Positions 61,468 to 63,326 of a DNA stretch of 63,326 bases are shown piece by piece. The DNA is taken from NCBI GenBank assembly GCA_030690305.1, contig JAUYHB010000022.1:1-63326 (forward strand), in the 5' to 3' direction. The notes under the pieces are model-generated. The model ran no database searches. It had not been told where the DNA came from and saw nothing but the letters and a program-made list of their open reading frames with translations. Source of the DNA: a bacterium. Lineage in GTDB: Bacteria > Patescibacteriota > Minisyncoccia > Phycocordibacterales > JAGLPS01. Each line of letters starts with the position of its first letter. Position 1 is the stretch's first letter. A program made the translations under genes and the position numbers.

Positions 61468-62427
61468 ATGGCATTTTGGACAAATCTCGATAAATCGATT
61501 TTTTTCTTTTTCCATAACCTCTCGGGAAAATCCGTGATTGCCGACGGCTTGATTGTTTTTCTCGGAGAATATTTTATTTACGTTGTCGGAATTATTTTTG
61601 TTTGGGTGGCGTTTCTTGATTTCAGAAAAATCGGATTTGAACCGATTGTCGATTATGCCGTCGCGGTGATTGCGGCCCTTACGGCGAAACTGGTTGTCGG
61701 GTGGGGAATCGAATCCTTTTATTACAATAGCCGTCCGTTTGTGGAACTTTCCCTCCCGCACCTCCTTACCGATTTTTCATATTCGTTTCCTTCGGGACAC
61801 ACGATTTTTATATTCGCTCTTGCGACAAGCGTATTCTTTTTTAATCGAAAATTTTCTTATTTTCTTTTCGCTTCGGGACTTCTGATAGGGCTTTCCCGTG
61901 TCGCGGGTGCCGTCCATTACCCTTCCGATATCGCAGGCGGAATGATTCTGGGAACCGTGGTTGGGCTGCTTGTCCATGGTATCTGGTATCTGTTATTTGT
62001 CCGGGCGTCTGACAGGGAGAATGTAAAAGAGAACGTAAAAACAGTATCGTTTGTTTTCCTTTTATCCTTCGCCCTTAACTTTATTTGGGAACACGCGCAT
62101 TCGGTTTTGTATATTCATTACCAAGGAGGGGAAATCACGGATTTTGTTTTATTCCGCGCCGCGATCACGGACGCGTTGATGCTCTCCGTCCTTGCAATTC
62201 CTTTTTTATGTAGTACATTTCTACGGAGTCGGTTGTGGCTCTCGGTTCCCGTCGGTATCGCACTTGCCGTTAGTATCGAGTGGAATGCCTTGCAGGCCGG
62301 TTGGTGGGCATACCACGTTGCCATGCCGATTATTCCGCTTCTCGGTACCGGTCTTACCCCGACCCTCCAGCTTGGTCTTACCGGTTACGTCGCGTATCGA
62401 TTTTTTATTAAAAAGCAAAATATATAA
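61468..62427 (+). CDS. PAP2-family phosphatase fused to an extra C-terminal multi-TM domain
   Basis: PAP2 motifs SFPSGHT and GAVHYPSDIAGG, then about 140 aa of additional TM helices. ATG 61468 (the track start at 61453 is GTG). Confidence 0.7.
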   Translation: MAFWTNLDKSIFFFFHNLSGKSVIADGLIVFLGEYFIYVVGIIFVWVAFLDFRKIGFEPIVDYAVAVIAALTAKLVVGWGIESFYYNSRPFVELSLPHLLTDFSYSFPSGHTIFIFALATSVFFFNRKFSYFLFASGLLIGLSRVAGAVHYPSDIAGGMILGTVVGLLVHGIWYLLFVRASDRENVKENVKTVSFVFLLSFALNFIWEHAHSVLYIHYQGGEITDFVLFRAAITDALMLSVLAIPFLCSTFLRSRLWLSVPVGIALAVSIEWNALQAGWWAYHVAMPIIPLLGTGLTPTLQLGLTGYVAYRFFIKKQNI

Positions 62428-62442
62428 AAACTTAATTCCAAT

Positions 62443-63174
62443 ATGATTTTTAGTATCGCGGCCGCAACCTTTTTTCTCACTCTTGTCGGAGGATTCTTTT
62501 CCTTGCATTTCAAAGACAGACTGCACCTCGTCCTTGGATTTAGCGCGGGCGCCGTTATTGGCGTGGCATTTTTTGATTTAATTCCGGAGTCAATGGAAAT
62601 CGGAAAAGAATTTTTTTCGGAAAGCACCATAGCGGTTTTCATGGCGCTTGGTTTTCTTTTGTATCTTGTGTTAGACCGAATGTTATTTTTTCATTCTCAT
62701 GGCACTGATGAACACGATACGCACGTTCACGCCGTTTCCGGGAGGGGAATTCTTGGAGCGGCAAGCCTCGCTTTTCACAGTTTTCTTGACGGGTTTGCAG
62801 TTGGTGTCGCTTTCCAGATTTCCACCGCGGTTGGCGCCGTGGTTACTATCGCGGTTCTTGCCCACGGTTTTTCCGACGGCATCAATACGGTTAACATGAT
62901 TCTCAAAAGCGGGGGAAGTGCCAGAACCGCTTTTAAATGGCTTTTACTCGACGCGGTTGCCCCCGTTACGGGAATATTGTCCACGCTTTTCTTCACATTG
63001 CCGGAAAAGTCACTCGGAGTTATCCTCGCTTTATTTTCCGGTTCCTTTTTGTACATAGGAGCAAGCGAACTGATCCCGGAAAGTCACCATGCCCACCCGC
63101 GTCTTTTTACGACCGCTATGACTGTATTGGGCGCGGGGGTCCTGTTTGTAATTATCCAAGTGGCGGGCCTGTAA
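62443..63174 (+). CDS. ZIP-family divalent metal transporter
   Basis: HSFLDGFAVG and LAHGFSDG motifs, with a His-rich loop HSHGTDEHDTHVH. Confidence 0.85.
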   Translation: MIFSIAAATFFLTLVGGFFSLHFKDRLHLVLGFSAGAVIGVAFFDLIPESMEIGKEFFSESTIAVFMALGFLLYLVLDRMLFFHSHGTDEHDTHVHAVSGRGILGAASLAFHSFLDGFAVGVAFQISTAVGAVVTIAVLAHGFSDGINTVNMILKSGGSARTAFKWLLLDAVAPVTGILSTLFFTLPEKSLGVILALFSGSFLYIGASELIPESHHAHPRLFTTAMTVLGAGVLFVIIQVAGL

Positions 63175-63185
63175 AATTGTTTTGG

Positions 63186-63326
63186 AATAAAGGGTATTAA
63201 CCGCAGGGCAAGCCCTGCACCCATTTGGTGCTCGAAGACTCGCTCTCTCCCGCCCCAGAGGGGCGGGGTATTAAATCCTTTGTTACGACTTCGACTCGGA
63301 CGCTGTGTACAATCGGAATTGTCCAC
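63186..63326 (-). repeat. Structured repeat locus C: M1 + M3 without M2, truncated by the window end
   Basis: Its reverse complement matches 12928-12977 and then 13060-13149 almost base for base. A single A replaces the 82-nt M2 block. Confidence 0.85.

Overview
63.3-kb gene-dense chromosomal segment with about 65 CDS and 10 tRNA genes, and no rRNA, CRISPR array, integrase or transposase. The content is mostly housekeeping: ftsA, ybeY, rpsU, lepB, pth, rpsA, gyrA, infB, rbfA, clpB, miaA, parB, rel, topA, dprA, serS, dus, dnaX, typA and glgP. The short forms of IF-2 (499 aa) and DnaX (345 aa), the lack of biosynthetic operons and a tandem array of six small T4SS-pilin-like genes suggest a small-genome Patescibacteria/CPR-like bacterium; this is inference only. 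Four things are not explained by ordinary annotation. (1) A sharply AT-rich three-gene island sits next to tRNA-Gln (about 46250-50360). It encodes an AIPR-type abortive-infection protein, an unknown 209-aa protein, and a complete LexA repressor (apparently self-cleaving) fused to a beta-class N6/N4 DNA methyltransferase. A related sequence motif occurs at both island borders and promoters. (2) A family of modular, hairpin-rich intergenic repeats occurs at four loci (1222-1385, 12902-13312, 42947-43123, 63186-63326). The modules are combined differently at each locus. One module is present or absent as an 82-nt indel, one hairpin module is inverted between copies, and several stems show compensatory changes. 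(3) Two promoter-to-terminator units have little or no coding capacity: about 29293-29466 with no ORF, and about 42642-42918 with only a 19-aa Lys/Arg-rich ORF. They lie among a set of orphan small genes at 41300-45130, each with a near-consensus promoter and its own terminator. (4) Partial tRNA-derived duplicates lie beside tRNA-Gly and tRNA-Gln. Many genes have an extended -10 box (TGnTAnAAT) only 6-11 nt from the start codon, which suggests leaderless mRNAs. All product calls come from motif recognition in the supplied translations; no database search was possible.
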